Shown piece after piece: positions 54,373-64,000 of a DNA stretch of 64,000 nt; the stretch's first letter is position 1; every line of letters starts with the position of its first letter. Below the pieces are notes generated by a model, which had not been told where the DNA came from, ran no database searches, and was given only the letters and a program-made list of their open reading frames with translations. Both the position numbers and the translations under genes were made by a program. Location of the stretch: positions 480,001 to 544,000 of the forward strand of contig CAXXMR010000009.1 of assembly GCA_963663805.2 (NCBI GenBank). The letters are read 5' to 3'. This DNA is from Sedimentisphaerales bacterium (GTDB lineage Bacteria > Planctomycetota > Phycisphaerae > Sedimentisphaerales > SM23-30).

Positions 54373-56826
54373 TCAGTCCTCTACAATTACCCGAGTCTTA
54401 TTGTCAAGCTGTTTGTATTGCACAGCAACCTTACCTTTTGTCGTCATATTTCCAGATTTCAGGGTTGAAGTTTCGTCAATCGGCAGCAGAATGGTTGCCT
54501 GGCCATTATGGACGCAAACATTCAGAATATAACCTCCTTCATTTTTAGTTAGTTCCGCTATTTCCCCTAAATCCTGCTCTTGGCGATGTATCCGATAAAG
54601 TGTGACAAACTCAATCTGCTTGCGTTTGCCGGGGGTTTTGCCGGTAAGATGCCACTCACGCAGAGTTATATCCGAACGCGGATTTGGGTCATACTGGTCG
54701 GTCTGGGAAAACTCAAGACCGGTCGGTGCAAGGAAATTTATATCGCACAACACATCATCATTAGTAACAGTAATGTCGTGCTGATCTTCGATAGTCATTT
54801 CATTAAGTGCGTGCAGCCAATATTCAAATATTGATTCTTCTTCGGCTTTAAGTCTGTCATATATAATCACCAGTTCCGGTTTGACAAAAACTATCGAACG
54901 CGTATAACGCTCAAGCGGCTCTTCGTAAGCATGCCCGGCTTCTCCGCTAACGATATCAACCTCAGGGGTGGTCTTAAATGATACAATTTTGCCCTGGGCC
55001 TTATCGGAATGCTTAATCTGTCCGCAACCATTAACCGTTATATTATTCACTGAACGAGTTGACCACATCCAATTACGGTGATGTTCACTACCATAGGTAT
55101 CCCGTATGCCGGAACGAATCAAAAGTCGTTTGCCATAGCCCCACAGGAGAAATGAATTGTTCGCCTCGTAACCGTGGCTCTGCGTACCAAACGGACTTGA
55201 CTTAAAAATAACCTGTACGCTGTCTTGAGCGTTTATTATCTGCGAATTAAGAAATGCCTGCCCAATCCCCTTAAATAGCCGCGAGGTGGGCAGTTCTTCG
55301 GGAGATTCAGGTTCAACCTGAGCCAAAGCCCCACGAATAAAACCGGTACAATCAAAAACTGAGCCTAAGCCATCCGCCCGGCCATACCACTGCCAATCCT
55401 CTCTGCTGCGAACCCGCTCAGCATACCACTGCCAATAAGGATTTTGGCTTTGTGAAGCAAAAAACCCCATAATATATTGATTATTTTCAGCCATTTTTTT
55501 AGATGAAAGATCACCCAAACCCGCCCCGACCATTCTCGGAGGATTGAGATACATCGCATAATAGCCAACCTGGCTATAGTAAGGCTTATCGTACGCGTTA
55601 ATGCCCGTAGCCTGAAACATAACGTCGGCCCACCAGGTGAAACGACCTTGATATGCGGCCCAATATTCTGTCCCCTCATGCCAGCCTCCGTCATCGTCAC
55701 TCCAGACAGGATAAACATTAAAAAAAACGTTCATTGCGAACCACAACCAGTCATCCGCCCCCTCAATTTCATTGTAAAAAGCGATCGCAACTTCACCCAG
55801 AAAATGCCACGCCCGATTAGAATGACTGGAATAAGGTTTCCAGAAATGCTTCGGGCACAAATGACGGTACATATCATTGCCGCGAATTCGCATTACCTCT
55901 CGGCACTTTTGTTTATCTTCTTCACTCAGCAAGTCATTCACATAAGTATATGCCCGCGAAAAATAATAAACATAAGGCATACCCGCTTCGTCGTTATAAT
56001 GATAACCGGTACTCCCTCGAGGGTCCCACCGGGAACATTCCATAAGAATGCGTCGAGCTTCAAGACCATATTTTTCATTTCCGCCCAACAATCGCGTAAA
56101 ACCAAGCGTCACAGCATCATTAAGCGCCCTTATGGTATATTTACGATTACCCCACCATACCTCATGCCACTCTTTCGACCCCTCAATCATACCTGGAGGA
56201 TATTTAGGAGGCTCCTGAGTCGGAGGCGGGTCAGCCAGAATCTTTGCGCACTCTTGCACTAACCGATCATACTGATTTCTCATGCTACCCTGAGCCAGAT
56301 TAACCAGCCTACTAACATTTTCCGGTCGCACAAACAGTCGCGGGTGCGTCTCAGGAATCCGTGAAATAATTTCATCCCTGACAGGCAGCGACATAGCAGC
56401 AGCATCGTCACTGACCGTAAAACTTCGCGACTTGCTCCAATTGGTGCAGACTCCTTCGGCATTCCAGCCGCGATAACGCCAAGTATATTTGCCGGGTCGA
56501 AAAACTTTGGGCGGACAATGGACATTAAACTCCAGATTCTCCACCTGATATTCCAGATTTTCGAATTTGTCGTCAGAAGCGAATTGTATCTCCCAGGTAA
56601 ATCCTTCTTGCGGTCGCCAACTAAAACTTGGCGGATTTACCCATGATATCGTCCCATCAGCTGGCCGATAACCCCATTCTTTAGATTCCGCCGGCCGCTC
56701 ATCTAAGTACAACTCTCCCGCTGCCCACCCAGGCATTAGCAATCCGCATATAATCAGAATCACTTTTATAATATGTATATCCTTACCGTTTATAGCTTGT
56801 TTTCTCCAAGGTCTACTAATTTTCAT
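54373..56826 (-). CDS. DUF4962 + heparinase II/III-domain polysaccharide lyase
   Basis: NPPSFSW, HPRLF, SHSNRAW, GGWHEGTEYW, SSPFGTQSH. Confidence 0.8.
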   Translation of the reverse strand: MKISRPWRKQAINGKDIHIIKVILIICGLLMPGWAAGELYLDERPAESKEWGYRPADGTISWVNPPSFSWRPQEGFTWEIQFASDDKFENLEYQVENLEFNVHCPPKVFRPGKYTWRYRGWNAEGVCTNWSKSRSFTVSDDAAAMSLPVRDEIISRIPETHPRLFVRPENVSRLVNLAQGSMRNQYDRLVQECAKILADPPPTQEPPKYPPGMIEGSKEWHEVWWGNRKYTIRALNDAVTLGFTRLLGGNEKYGLEARRILMECSRWDPRGSTGYHYNDEAGMPYVYYFSRAYTYVNDLLSEEDKQKCREVMRIRGNDMYRHLCPKHFWKPYSSHSNRAWHFLGEVAIAFYNEIEGADDWLWFAMNVFFNVYPVWSDDDGGWHEGTEYWAAYQGRFTWWADVMFQATGINAYDKPYYSQVGYYAMYLNPPRMVGAGLGDLSSKKMAENNQYIMGFFASQSQNPYWQWYAERVRSREDWQWYGRADGLGSVFDCTGFIRGALAQVEPESPEELPTSRLFKGIGQAFLNSQIINAQDSVQVIFKSSPFGTQSHGYEANNSFLLWGYGKRLLIRSGIRDTYGSEHHRNWMWSTRSVNNITVNGCGQIKHSDKAQGKIVSFKTTPEVDIVSGEAGHAYEEPLERYTRSIVFVKPELVIIYDRLKAEEESIFEYWLHALNEMTIEDQHDITVTNDDVLCDINFLAPTGLEFSQTDQYDPNPRSDITLREWHLTGKTPGKRKQIEFVTLYRIHRQEQDLGEIAELTKNEGGYILNVCVHNGQATILLPIDETSTLKSGNMTTKGKVAVQYKQLDNKTRVIVED

Positions 56827-58672
56827 GCCAGACTGGTGAGAAAAGCACCGAAATCTTTTCTATTCCCACTCGTGCATTTACTTTTGCTTCCAGCCGGATT
56901 GCTCCATCAAGGTCATATTGAGGAGGTTCCACCTTGGGCCGAGTAACGTAAAATGAAACATTAGAAGGACGCTGTAACTCCACAACCATCTTTTTTTCAT
57001 CCATTGTCAACTCGGCGACATTATCCGAAACAAGCTTAATTTGGGCTCTTGTCGTTATGCCCCAGGTTATGGTACAGTCGGAGGTAATTTGAAGTTTGTC
57101 CTCAACAATCACTTTGCGTCTCTGGTCCCGCAAAGATACTTTGCGAATGGTTTTTGGTGAAAACATTTCATAAGCCTCAGACAAATCCATTACGGCTGAG
57201 CCATCATCTTTATTGCTTTCAAAATCAAGTATTTGGGCCTTAGCGTAAACATTCTGATTCGTATCGTCAATGGTAAGTACATTATGACTTCTGTTATTCA
57301 AACGAAAATAACTCCAGCGTCGACCGTTTTCGCCCATTTCCCAATAGCCCGGCAGGTCATAATAATCAGCGCCCAAGTCGCAAACCCATCTGACCGACAG
57401 AGCGTCGAGAATAAAGTTACCCAAATCAAGCTGAGCGTGAGGGAACTGGTTATCACCGGTTTTAACCGCCACAAAAAGAGCGTCTGGGTCAGTCCAGCTG
57501 CTCCGAAAAACCGCGGTTTGCACCGTGCCGTTAAACAGCTTATCTAAGGGCAATATTTCATCCCGGCTTAGTTCAGGATCGGGCTGATAGAATACCACAT
57601 CCAGCGCCAGCGGTGTCAAAGACTTGCCTCTACGGTTAGCGATTTTTTTGTGCTGGTCGTCAAGTACAAAAGGAATATTGAACTTTTGGCCCAGCCACAT
57701 CGAAAAAGGATATGGGGGCGTAAACAGGTTATCCCGCCGACTATCCGCAAAATTATAATACTGACCTGTGGGCCCTGTCATATAAATGGGGAAATAAGCG
57801 GTTTCAGCCAGCCCAGGAAACTGCATGAGACCAAAATCAGTCCCCAACGCAGTATCCAACGCACACAGGCCGTAAACAGTATAGGAAGTAGCATATTCCC
57901 AATATCCCGGTCCCTCCGGCCAAGCACCATCAGGTTTATATTGAACCATAGCCAGCGGCAATGACTTCACTGCCAACGGCAACAGCTTCTCCGCGTACAC
58001 AGGATCGGTTTCCGCAACTGCCAGCGAACCTATTATCATGCTGTAATTACATACCTGATTCCAGTTATTCTTCCATGCTGGCCAATTGTGGCTGGTCTTG
58101 AGTTTGCCCAGATGAATATTGTAGCCCGGCTCCAACCCTTTCTCTATAATTGCCCGACGTATTTCAGTACGCTCTGCATCACTGAAACTATCATAAAACC
58201 AGTCATAACCTATCGCGACCGCATGGGTCATCTCCGCGGTATCCAGAAAATGTTTATAATTCCAGTCTTCAAACCGACAAATCGCTATGAGATTTTTTAC
58301 CGCTGCCTGCTGATATTTTTCTTCCCCCGTCCACCGCCAGGCAACTCCCAACGCGTAAATTCGCGGCAGAAAATCCCGGCTCACATCCAGCATCCTGATC
58401 CCCACCAACTTGCGTTCAAGAACCGGCCCACCCACTAAACCATCAGCCTTGTCAATTGTCGCTGCAACACACCCCTTCAGAGTATCGTCAGACTCATAAA
58501 GTGCTTTAAGCTCGCCCAATCGCTCATCCGTAAGCATCAAACAAGGATGCGGCCTCAAACCGGAAAGATAATTCGAGGATTCAACTGAAATAACATTTTG
58601 CCCTTGAGCCAATAAAGGTGTAACCAGAAATATCAGCACAATAGCCCAAATCCATTTATTATTTACAAACAT
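56816..58672 (-). CDS. secreted heparinase II/III-like lyase
   Basis: Signal peptide, HFLDTAEMTHA, NNWNQVC, WPEGPGYW, HAQLDLG. Confidence 0.85.
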   Translation of the reverse strand: MFVNNKWIWAIVLIFLVTPLLAQGQNVISVESSNYLSGLRPHPCLMLTDERLGELKALYESDDTLKGCVAATIDKADGLVGGPVLERKLVGIRMLDVSRDFLPRIYALGVAWRWTGEEKYQQAAVKNLIAICRFEDWNYKHFLDTAEMTHAVAIGYDWFYDSFSDAERTEIRRAIIEKGLEPGYNIHLGKLKTSHNWPAWKNNWNQVCNYSMIIGSLAVAETDPVYAEKLLPLAVKSLPLAMVQYKPDGAWPEGPGYWEYATSYTVYGLCALDTALGTDFGLMQFPGLAETAYFPIYMTGPTGQYYNFADSRRDNLFTPPYPFSMWLGQKFNIPFVLDDQHKKIANRRGKSLTPLALDVVFYQPDPELSRDEILPLDKLFNGTVQTAVFRSSWTDPDALFVAVKTGDNQFPHAQLDLGNFILDALSVRWVCDLGADYYDLPGYWEMGENGRRWSYFRLNNRSHNVLTIDDTNQNVYAKAQILDFESNKDDGSAVMDLSEAYEMFSPKTIRKVSLRDQRRKVIVEDKLQITSDCTITWGITTRAQIKLVSDNVAELTMDEKKMVVELQRPSNVSFYVTRPKVEPPQYDLDGAIRLEAKVNARVGIEKISVLFSPVWHEN

Positions 58673-58744
58673 CTCTATCCACTTGCATAACTACATCAAA
58701 TCTCAGACATAAGCCTCAAATAAACACCATTAAAGAACCAAATT

Positions 58745-59596
58745 TTATTGCTCTATCTCAATAACTTTAAGAATATCTTCAAAAATATTAACATAGTTTC
58801 CTGGCCCATCGCCACTGGGCAAAAGCTGGTTCATGTCATGCCAAGCGTCATTGCTGAAAATATCCGGATCGGTACAAAAGTTCACATGACCATCGCCAAA
58901 TAAAACCGATAACCCTGTCGGATCCGAACCACGCCCCTTTTTAGTATGAGCCAACCCGCCCCAATGATGCAGTTCATCAAACACTATAGGCTTTTTACTC
59001 AAATCTGTTATATGAACCTTATCATAAATCCAATAATCATAAGAAACTCTCACAAATACATCCTGCGAACCGGAAAAAGTAGGAAAATAAGTACCCCATT
59101 GTTTTGTGTCGTCAGCAGTATAATCATAATAATACACGCTTACACCACTGGTTTTGCGTTTCCGGCCCGGACAGTAAAACACCTGTGGATCAGCCAGATA
59201 ATCCTGCTCATACAACAATGCAAAATGATAAGGCTTGTACTTGTTAGGACCTATCGACTTGCCATAAAAATAAGCACGTCCCGTATTCCAGGGCTGAGGC
59301 TTGGTAGCAATAGTAGTACTGGTATCAGCGGCGGTACCAGGAGCGTAATATTTGTCTTCGCTTATTTTATACATAGGAAAAAGCTTATCTTTATTATCCT
59401 GAGCATACAAAGCGATCCCCAGCCCATTCTGCCTGACATTATTGGTACACATTACTCTCTTCGCTTCTTCACGAGCTTTGCTCAAGGCCGGAAGCAATAT
59501 GCTCACCAAAAGCGCAATAATAGCAACCACAACTAACAGCTCAACAAGCGTAAAAGCATCCTGCTTCGTACTTCTCTTCATAGCATTCATTTTCAT
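58745..59596 (-). CDS. prepilin-type N-terminal cleavage protein with H-X9-DG-like C-terminus (DUF1559-like)
   Basis: [41 protein letters not shown]. Confidence 0.9.
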   Translation of the reverse strand: MKMNAMKRSTKQDAFTLVELLVVVAIIALLVSILLPALSKAREEAKRVMCTNNVRQNGLGIALYAQDNKDKLFPMYKISEDKYYAPGTAADTSTTIATKPQPWNTGRAYFYGKSIGPNKYKPYHFALLYEQDYLADPQVFYCPGRKRKTSGVSVYYYDYTADDTKQWGTYFPTFSGSQDVFVRVSYDYWIYDKVHITDLSKKPIVFDELHHWGGLAHTKKGRGSDPTGLSVLFGDGHVNFCTDPDIFSNDAWHDMNQLLPSGDGPGNYVNIFEDILKVIEIEQ

Positions 59597-59776
59597 ATCT
59601 TTTTAACCTTTCCGTCAAATAATATCAGAATTCATTCCAAAACCCTTACCCGGCCCCTGCCTTGGTGTTCCCTATATCATTTCAGAGAGGTTTTGGGATA
59701 ATTTCTCATAATAACAGCTTCATTCCGGTAAAATATGGGGTGCACGATAATTCGCACACCCCTCACAAATCACCTC

Positions 59777-61858
59777 TTAGTTACCACATGCCGAAGTCGG
59801 ATACAAACCGCAGCTCAACCAGCCTTCTGCCAATCCGGCAAAATCAATCAAGTCTATCATGCAGTCGTCATTGCTGTCAAAGAAGGAACCGTAGGGATTA
59901 ATACAAATAACTTCGCCAGGATGTCCCAACAGGTAAATATCAGCGATATCAGTGTCATTCATTGCATAGTTATAAATCCGAACATCATCAACATTCGCTT
60001 CAACAGAAGCAGCCAGCACCGTGCGATCATCTGTCGAACGACCCGCACCGATAAGGATCGGATACTGCCAGTCGGCAAGCTGTTCACCCACAACATTGGA
60101 TGTCTCAGAACCAACCGGATATCCATCAATATACAGTTTGCAAGTCCCACTGACATTATAAGCGGCAGCCACAAAGTGCCAGTCACCGTCATCCATCGAG
60201 GCACCAGAATCCTGCATTTCACCATAAATATCCACATTGGCCCCGCCTTCCTGTCTCAGGTTGAACCGTGCGTCATACGCAGAATTATTATAGACCGTCA
60301 ACGTGAAACCAGTATTTCCGCCGTCATTGTAATTAGCCATAACAACGTCACCACCACCAATTGCCGCTGATTTTTTAACCCAGGCGGTAATTGTACCAAC
60401 CCGCAAACCGGAAGCGAGACCGGCATTAGGATAAGCACTAGTGGGTAATTCCACAACTATATTTCCGCCGGCAAGATCGATCGCGTAGGAATCAACCAAA
60501 CCTGCCGGATAGGACGCAGTAACAGGATTACCACTAAAATCAGTTACAGTGCCGTTATTGGTGCCTTCACTGTCGTCAGCATTTTGCTCAAACTTATAAT
60601 GAGCCAGCATACGACTGATACCCAGTTCCACAATATTGCTGCAAGTAGGCGGTTCGGTGCCAATCGGAACTGTACCGTCATTGGAAACTTCACAATAATA
60701 GTACGCTTCATCAGCTGAGGAACCTATCGTAACCTGATAGTTGGCCGCATCACTGCCCACAGATGTATCATCAACAGAAGCAACAGAATCATCGGACTTA
60801 AACCAGGCATAATGTACCGGAGTTTCACTTGAAACCTCAACACTGAAAGTTATCGTATCGCCAATTAAGCCGCTACTGTCTTTGGGCTGCACTGCAATCA
60901 CAGGTGCCTCAGCGACTGTCGCGAAATACCACACATCACCTTCAACGGTTCCAGAATCGGTCGGCCCCGAATAATTAATACTCTCATCAACACGCCAATA
61001 ATAAGTCCTACCGGTCTCCAAAGACACAGAATATTCAATCGGATCAACAATGTCAGTTACACTAATCGGAGTAACACCGCTCATATTGGGATCATCGTTG
61101 ATATAAAGGTAGTGACCAGTCACATCAGCCGCAGTCGTATACCAGCTTAAATAAGTAACCACATCAGGATCAACATTGTCTTCGCCGTCAAAAGGAGCGG
61201 GGTTTATCGGCTCCAAAACCAATTCATATGCAATGCCATCAAAACTTGTCCGCTGATCCACAGCCCCTGCTCCGGAATCCAGGCCCTGAACATAAACCTG
61301 AATTACCTCATTAGCTGTTGTGGTTTCAATAAGACCTATTGTAAACAGCCCTGCGTATTTTGCGATATTACTGCCGTCTGTCGTGAGTACCGGAATATTT
61401 CTCACACTGTAGGCGCCATCATAATACGAATTAGCCGAAGTCGCAATAAGATAAGGCCCGTCACTGCCAATACAAAACGCACAGTCCATACTGTTGGTAA
61501 GTTCCGCCAAACCATAAATCTGATAAAAACCTGGTGTCGCCAATGTCACCGGAACAATCAACGGGTCTGTGGTTTCGGCATCTACACTGTTGCCGGTATC
61601 AGTCTCCCAGATATAACCATTGGCGGAAAGATCCATAGATTTATAGCGATAATGCCATAAGCCGTCAGAGCCTACGCCAATACTCGAACCTTTGGTATAA
61701 TTTACTCCCTCTTGAGGAGCAGCACCACCTATGGTAACAGTATCGTCCTTGGCATCAAAATAAATGATATCGCCTGCCTGAACCATTCCCGTCAGCCCGG
61801 ACAAAAACAGCACTAAGGTCAATATCATCATTTTGTCAAACATTTTTTTTCTCATCAT
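59777..61858 (-). CDS. secreted protein: unknown N-domain + Ig + LamG + dockerin-like tail
   Basis: Signal peptide, YYWRVDE, YYYCEV, WHFVAAAY, DDVRIYN, DSNDDCMIDLIDF. Confidence 0.85.
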   Translation of the reverse strand: MMRKKMFDKMMILTLVLFLSGLTGMVQAGDIIYFDAKDDTVTIGGAAPQEGVNYTKGSSIGVGSDGLWHYRYKSMDLSANGYIWETDTGNSVDAETTDPLIVPVTLATPGFYQIYGLAELTNSMDCAFCIGSDGPYLIATSANSYYDGAYSVRNIPVLTTDGSNIAKYAGLFTIGLIETTTANEVIQVYVQGLDSGAGAVDQRTSFDGIAYELVLEPINPAPFDGEDNVDPDVVTYLSWYTTAADVTGHYLYINDDPNMSGVTPISVTDIVDPIEYSVSLETGRTYYWRVDESINYSGPTDSGTVEGDVWYFATVAEAPVIAVQPKDSSGLIGDTITFSVEVSSETPVHYAWFKSDDSVASVDDTSVGSDAANYQVTIGSSADEAYYYCEVSNDGTVPIGTEPPTCSNIVELGISRMLAHYKFEQNADDSEGTNNGTVTDFSGNPVTASYPAGLVDSYAIDLAGGNIVVELPTSAYPNAGLASGLRVGTITAWVKKSAAIGGGDVVMANYNDGGNTGFTLTVYNNSAYDARFNLRQEGGANVDIYGEMQDSGASMDDGDWHFVAAAYNVSGTCKLYIDGYPVGSETSNVVGEQLADWQYPILIGAGRSTDDRTVLAASVEANVDDVRIYNYAMNDTDIADIYLLGHPGEVICINPYGSFFDSNDDCMIDLIDFAGLAEGWLSCGLYPTSACGN

Positions 61859-62039
61859 CAATCTCCTAAATAAATAGAACAAACAACCTCTCGTACCAAG
61901 AAGCTAAATCCATAGCTTTTACAACTTCTGTAATATTGCGACGGCTATTTCTTTTCTACTCTGCTTGAGCCCAAGGTCGACTTTAAGCCAACCTCAGGCC
62001 CAATTTACATTCTCTTATTGCAATCCCGGCAAATGCGTA

Positions 62040-62744
62040 TTAAGCACGCTTCCTGCGAAGCAATAAACCGCCCAAACCAAGTAAACAAACCGTTACCGGT
62101 TCCGGAACTTCTTCATATGCCAAGCCATCAAAAGTGGTCCGCTGATCCCAGTAAGTACCCGGGGCAAGCCCCTGAACATAAACCTGAACAACCTCATTTG
62201 CTGTCGTGGTAACAACAGTGCCCGCATTAAAAAGACCGACATACTTGCCAATAAGACTCCCATCAGTAGTAACCACCGGAAGATTTCTTACACTATAGGC
62301 ACCATCATAATATGAACTTTCCTGTTTACCAATAACATAGGTATTACCACCGTCAAAACTGCACGCAACATCCCATCTGGCGTTACTCATCTCTGCCAAT
62401 GCGTAAATAGCATACTCACCAGGCATAGGCAATGTTACCGAAATAATCAGCGGCGCGGTATTTTCAGTATCAGAACCATTAGCCGAATCAGTCTCCCAGC
62501 TATAAGCATTAGAAGCATAATCTGAGCCTTTGTTACGATAATGCCAAAATCCGTCAGTGCCGTCCCCTATAGAGGAGGAAGTTGTATAGTTAACACCAAC
62601 TTCAGGGGCATCACCTCCAATGGTCGTATTGTTCAGATCGGCATCCACATAATATATCGTCGCTTCACAGAGTGTCCCTGAAAACAATACAAGGGACAGC
62701 CCAAATACAATTACTAACATTCTCATTAAACTTTTCTTCGGCAT
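62040..62744 (-). CDS. PEP-CTERM protein made of the unknown shared domain
   Basis: Signal peptide; VPEPVTVCLLGLGGLLLRRKRA. Confidence 0.9.
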   Translation of the reverse strand: MPKKSLMRMLVIVFGLSLVLFSGTLCEATIYYVDADLNNTTIGGDAPEVGVNYTTSSSIGDGTDGFWHYRNKGSDYASNAYSWETDSANGSDTENTAPLIISVTLPMPGEYAIYALAEMSNARWDVACSFDGGNTYVIGKQESSYYDGAYSVRNLPVVTTDGSLIGKYVGLFNAGTVVTTTANEVVQVYVQGLAPGTYWDQRTTFDGLAYEEVPEPVTVCLLGLGGLLLRRKRA

Positions 62745-62891
62745 CTTACCTGCTCCTTTTCCTTTTCATTAGTTTTATTGACTTTTCAAAAAAACAGATG
62801 ACAGTTTTTTTTGCAGAGGCCTCTTTATCTTTTCTGCCACCATTACATCGGTAATTATAGCTTTAGGAACCCCGCCTTAAAATGCGATACA

Positions 62892-62928
62892 ATGACCAAA
62901 TAATATAATATATTGACTTATTGGTCAT
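62892..62928. promoter_or_regulatory. candidate operator inverted repeat upstream of the PUL
   Basis: ATGACCAAATAA...TTATTGGTCAT. Confidence 0.4.
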
Positions 62929-63670
62929 GCCTTCAGAAAGTCCTATAACCCACCCAACGCAAATGAATGTAAGCAATTGAATAACAAGCAGTTACGCAAC
63001 AATATCTAACATGCATCAATGTGACGCCATAAAATAATTTAATCTCAACACATTCATAAAATGCGCTCGGTTGTAATCAGCTGAACCCCCTGCACAAAAC
63101 AAGCACAATAAGACAGATCCACGTAACGCCTTTACTAACAAAGAGATACCCTCAAAAAACCCGTAAACATACTGCCCAATGTTTATTTTGAGCTCCTATC
63201 TAAACAGAAAAACCTATAGGGCCGAAAACAATGTAAAAAAAGTAAATGACACAACAGGAAGCCCCTGCAAATAAATAGAATATGGCCCGTCAATACCGAT
63301 AAAAATTAAAATGGCCATCATAGCCGTTTGAGATTTTAAGGTTTTTTGGAGTTTCGATTCAGCCCCCTTACTCAATATACAATATTGACCACCGCATGTT
63401 TACCCCACATACACCTCCACCAACATCACCATCCCCAAACCCTAAATTGACACCCCCCCTGCACGCCTAATACAATATTTATATATTTGCTTGTATTTAC
63501 ATTTCATATGCGTTATAATGCATATTATGATTAAGCCATATTTCTTTTTATATCCCGAAGAACATATAATCCAACCCACTTAACTGCTATCACATTAAAC
63601 GACACAATTATATTTTTATTAGCATAATATAATATTTTGACCATTTTACACCAACAAAAATAACAACATA

Positions 63671-64000
63671 ATGCCCAAAATGTTCCGTAAGTATACCGAA
63701 TCATCAATACCCATCGACCACGGCTACCTTAGCCCTGCGGACGAAAGAGCCATCGATGATTACACCATGGATATCAAAGGCGGGTATTTCTACGGCGTAA
63801 ACCTGAACGGCGAAATTGGCACAATTGCCGCCGGAACCAGAAAGGTATCACCGGGATACCATTTTACTCTTTCCAAATACCCATTTTATCGACTGGTATA
63901 TACAATATCCGGCAAAGTCACCATTAAAATGGAAAAAAAACAATTTACCGCCAATACCGGTTCTATCTATTATTTCATACCCAGGCAAACCTGTACGGTC
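63671..64000 (+). CDS. 5' part of a probable AraC-family regulator (cupin domain)
   Basis: Not in the ORF track. Open from ATG 63671 to the end: ...FYRLVYTISGKVTIKMEKKQFTANTGSIYYFIP; divergent from the PUL. Confidence 0.6.
   Translation, partial: MPKMFRKYTESSIPIDHGYLSPADERAIDDYTMDIKGGYFYGVNLNGEIGTIAAGTRKVSPGYHFTLSKYPFYRLVYTISGKVTIKMEKKQFTANTGSIYYFIPRQTCTV

Overview
64 kb of a bacterial chromosome, most likely an anaerobic Planctomycetota (Phycisphaerae/Sedimentisphaerales-like). This taxonomy is inferred from PEP-CTERM proteins, a prepilin/H-X9-DG protein, LamG-dockerin proteins, a Tat sulfatase and Rnf. Layout: (1) 1-3613, the broken edge of a phage-like element (prohead-protease-like gene, HTH-like gene, sigma-70/ECF factor, PD-(D/E)xK nuclease) cut by a 1610-bp IS3-family element. 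That IS carries a promoter-driven, highly structured ~185-nt non-coding region downstream of its transposase. (2) 3640-40143, core genes: hisI, PilZ/receiver protein, hybrid kinase, trpB2, sulfatase, acetate/acyl-CoA genes, miaA, a dif-like site, purC, rnfCDGEAB, a repeat-rich PEP-CTERM protein, ndk, ligA. (3) 40260-44940, a dense graveyard of mobile elements: Y1/RAYT stub, IS21, a truncated IS110 with an intact-looking two-loop bridge-RNA region, a long palindrome and the 5' half of a group II intron. (4) 44962-64000, an AT-richer uronic-acid polysaccharide utilisation locus whose secreted proteins share an unrecognised ~190-aa domain. Several genes carry +1 homopolymer frameshifts that look like sequencing error. 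All calls are by eye from motifs; no searches were run.
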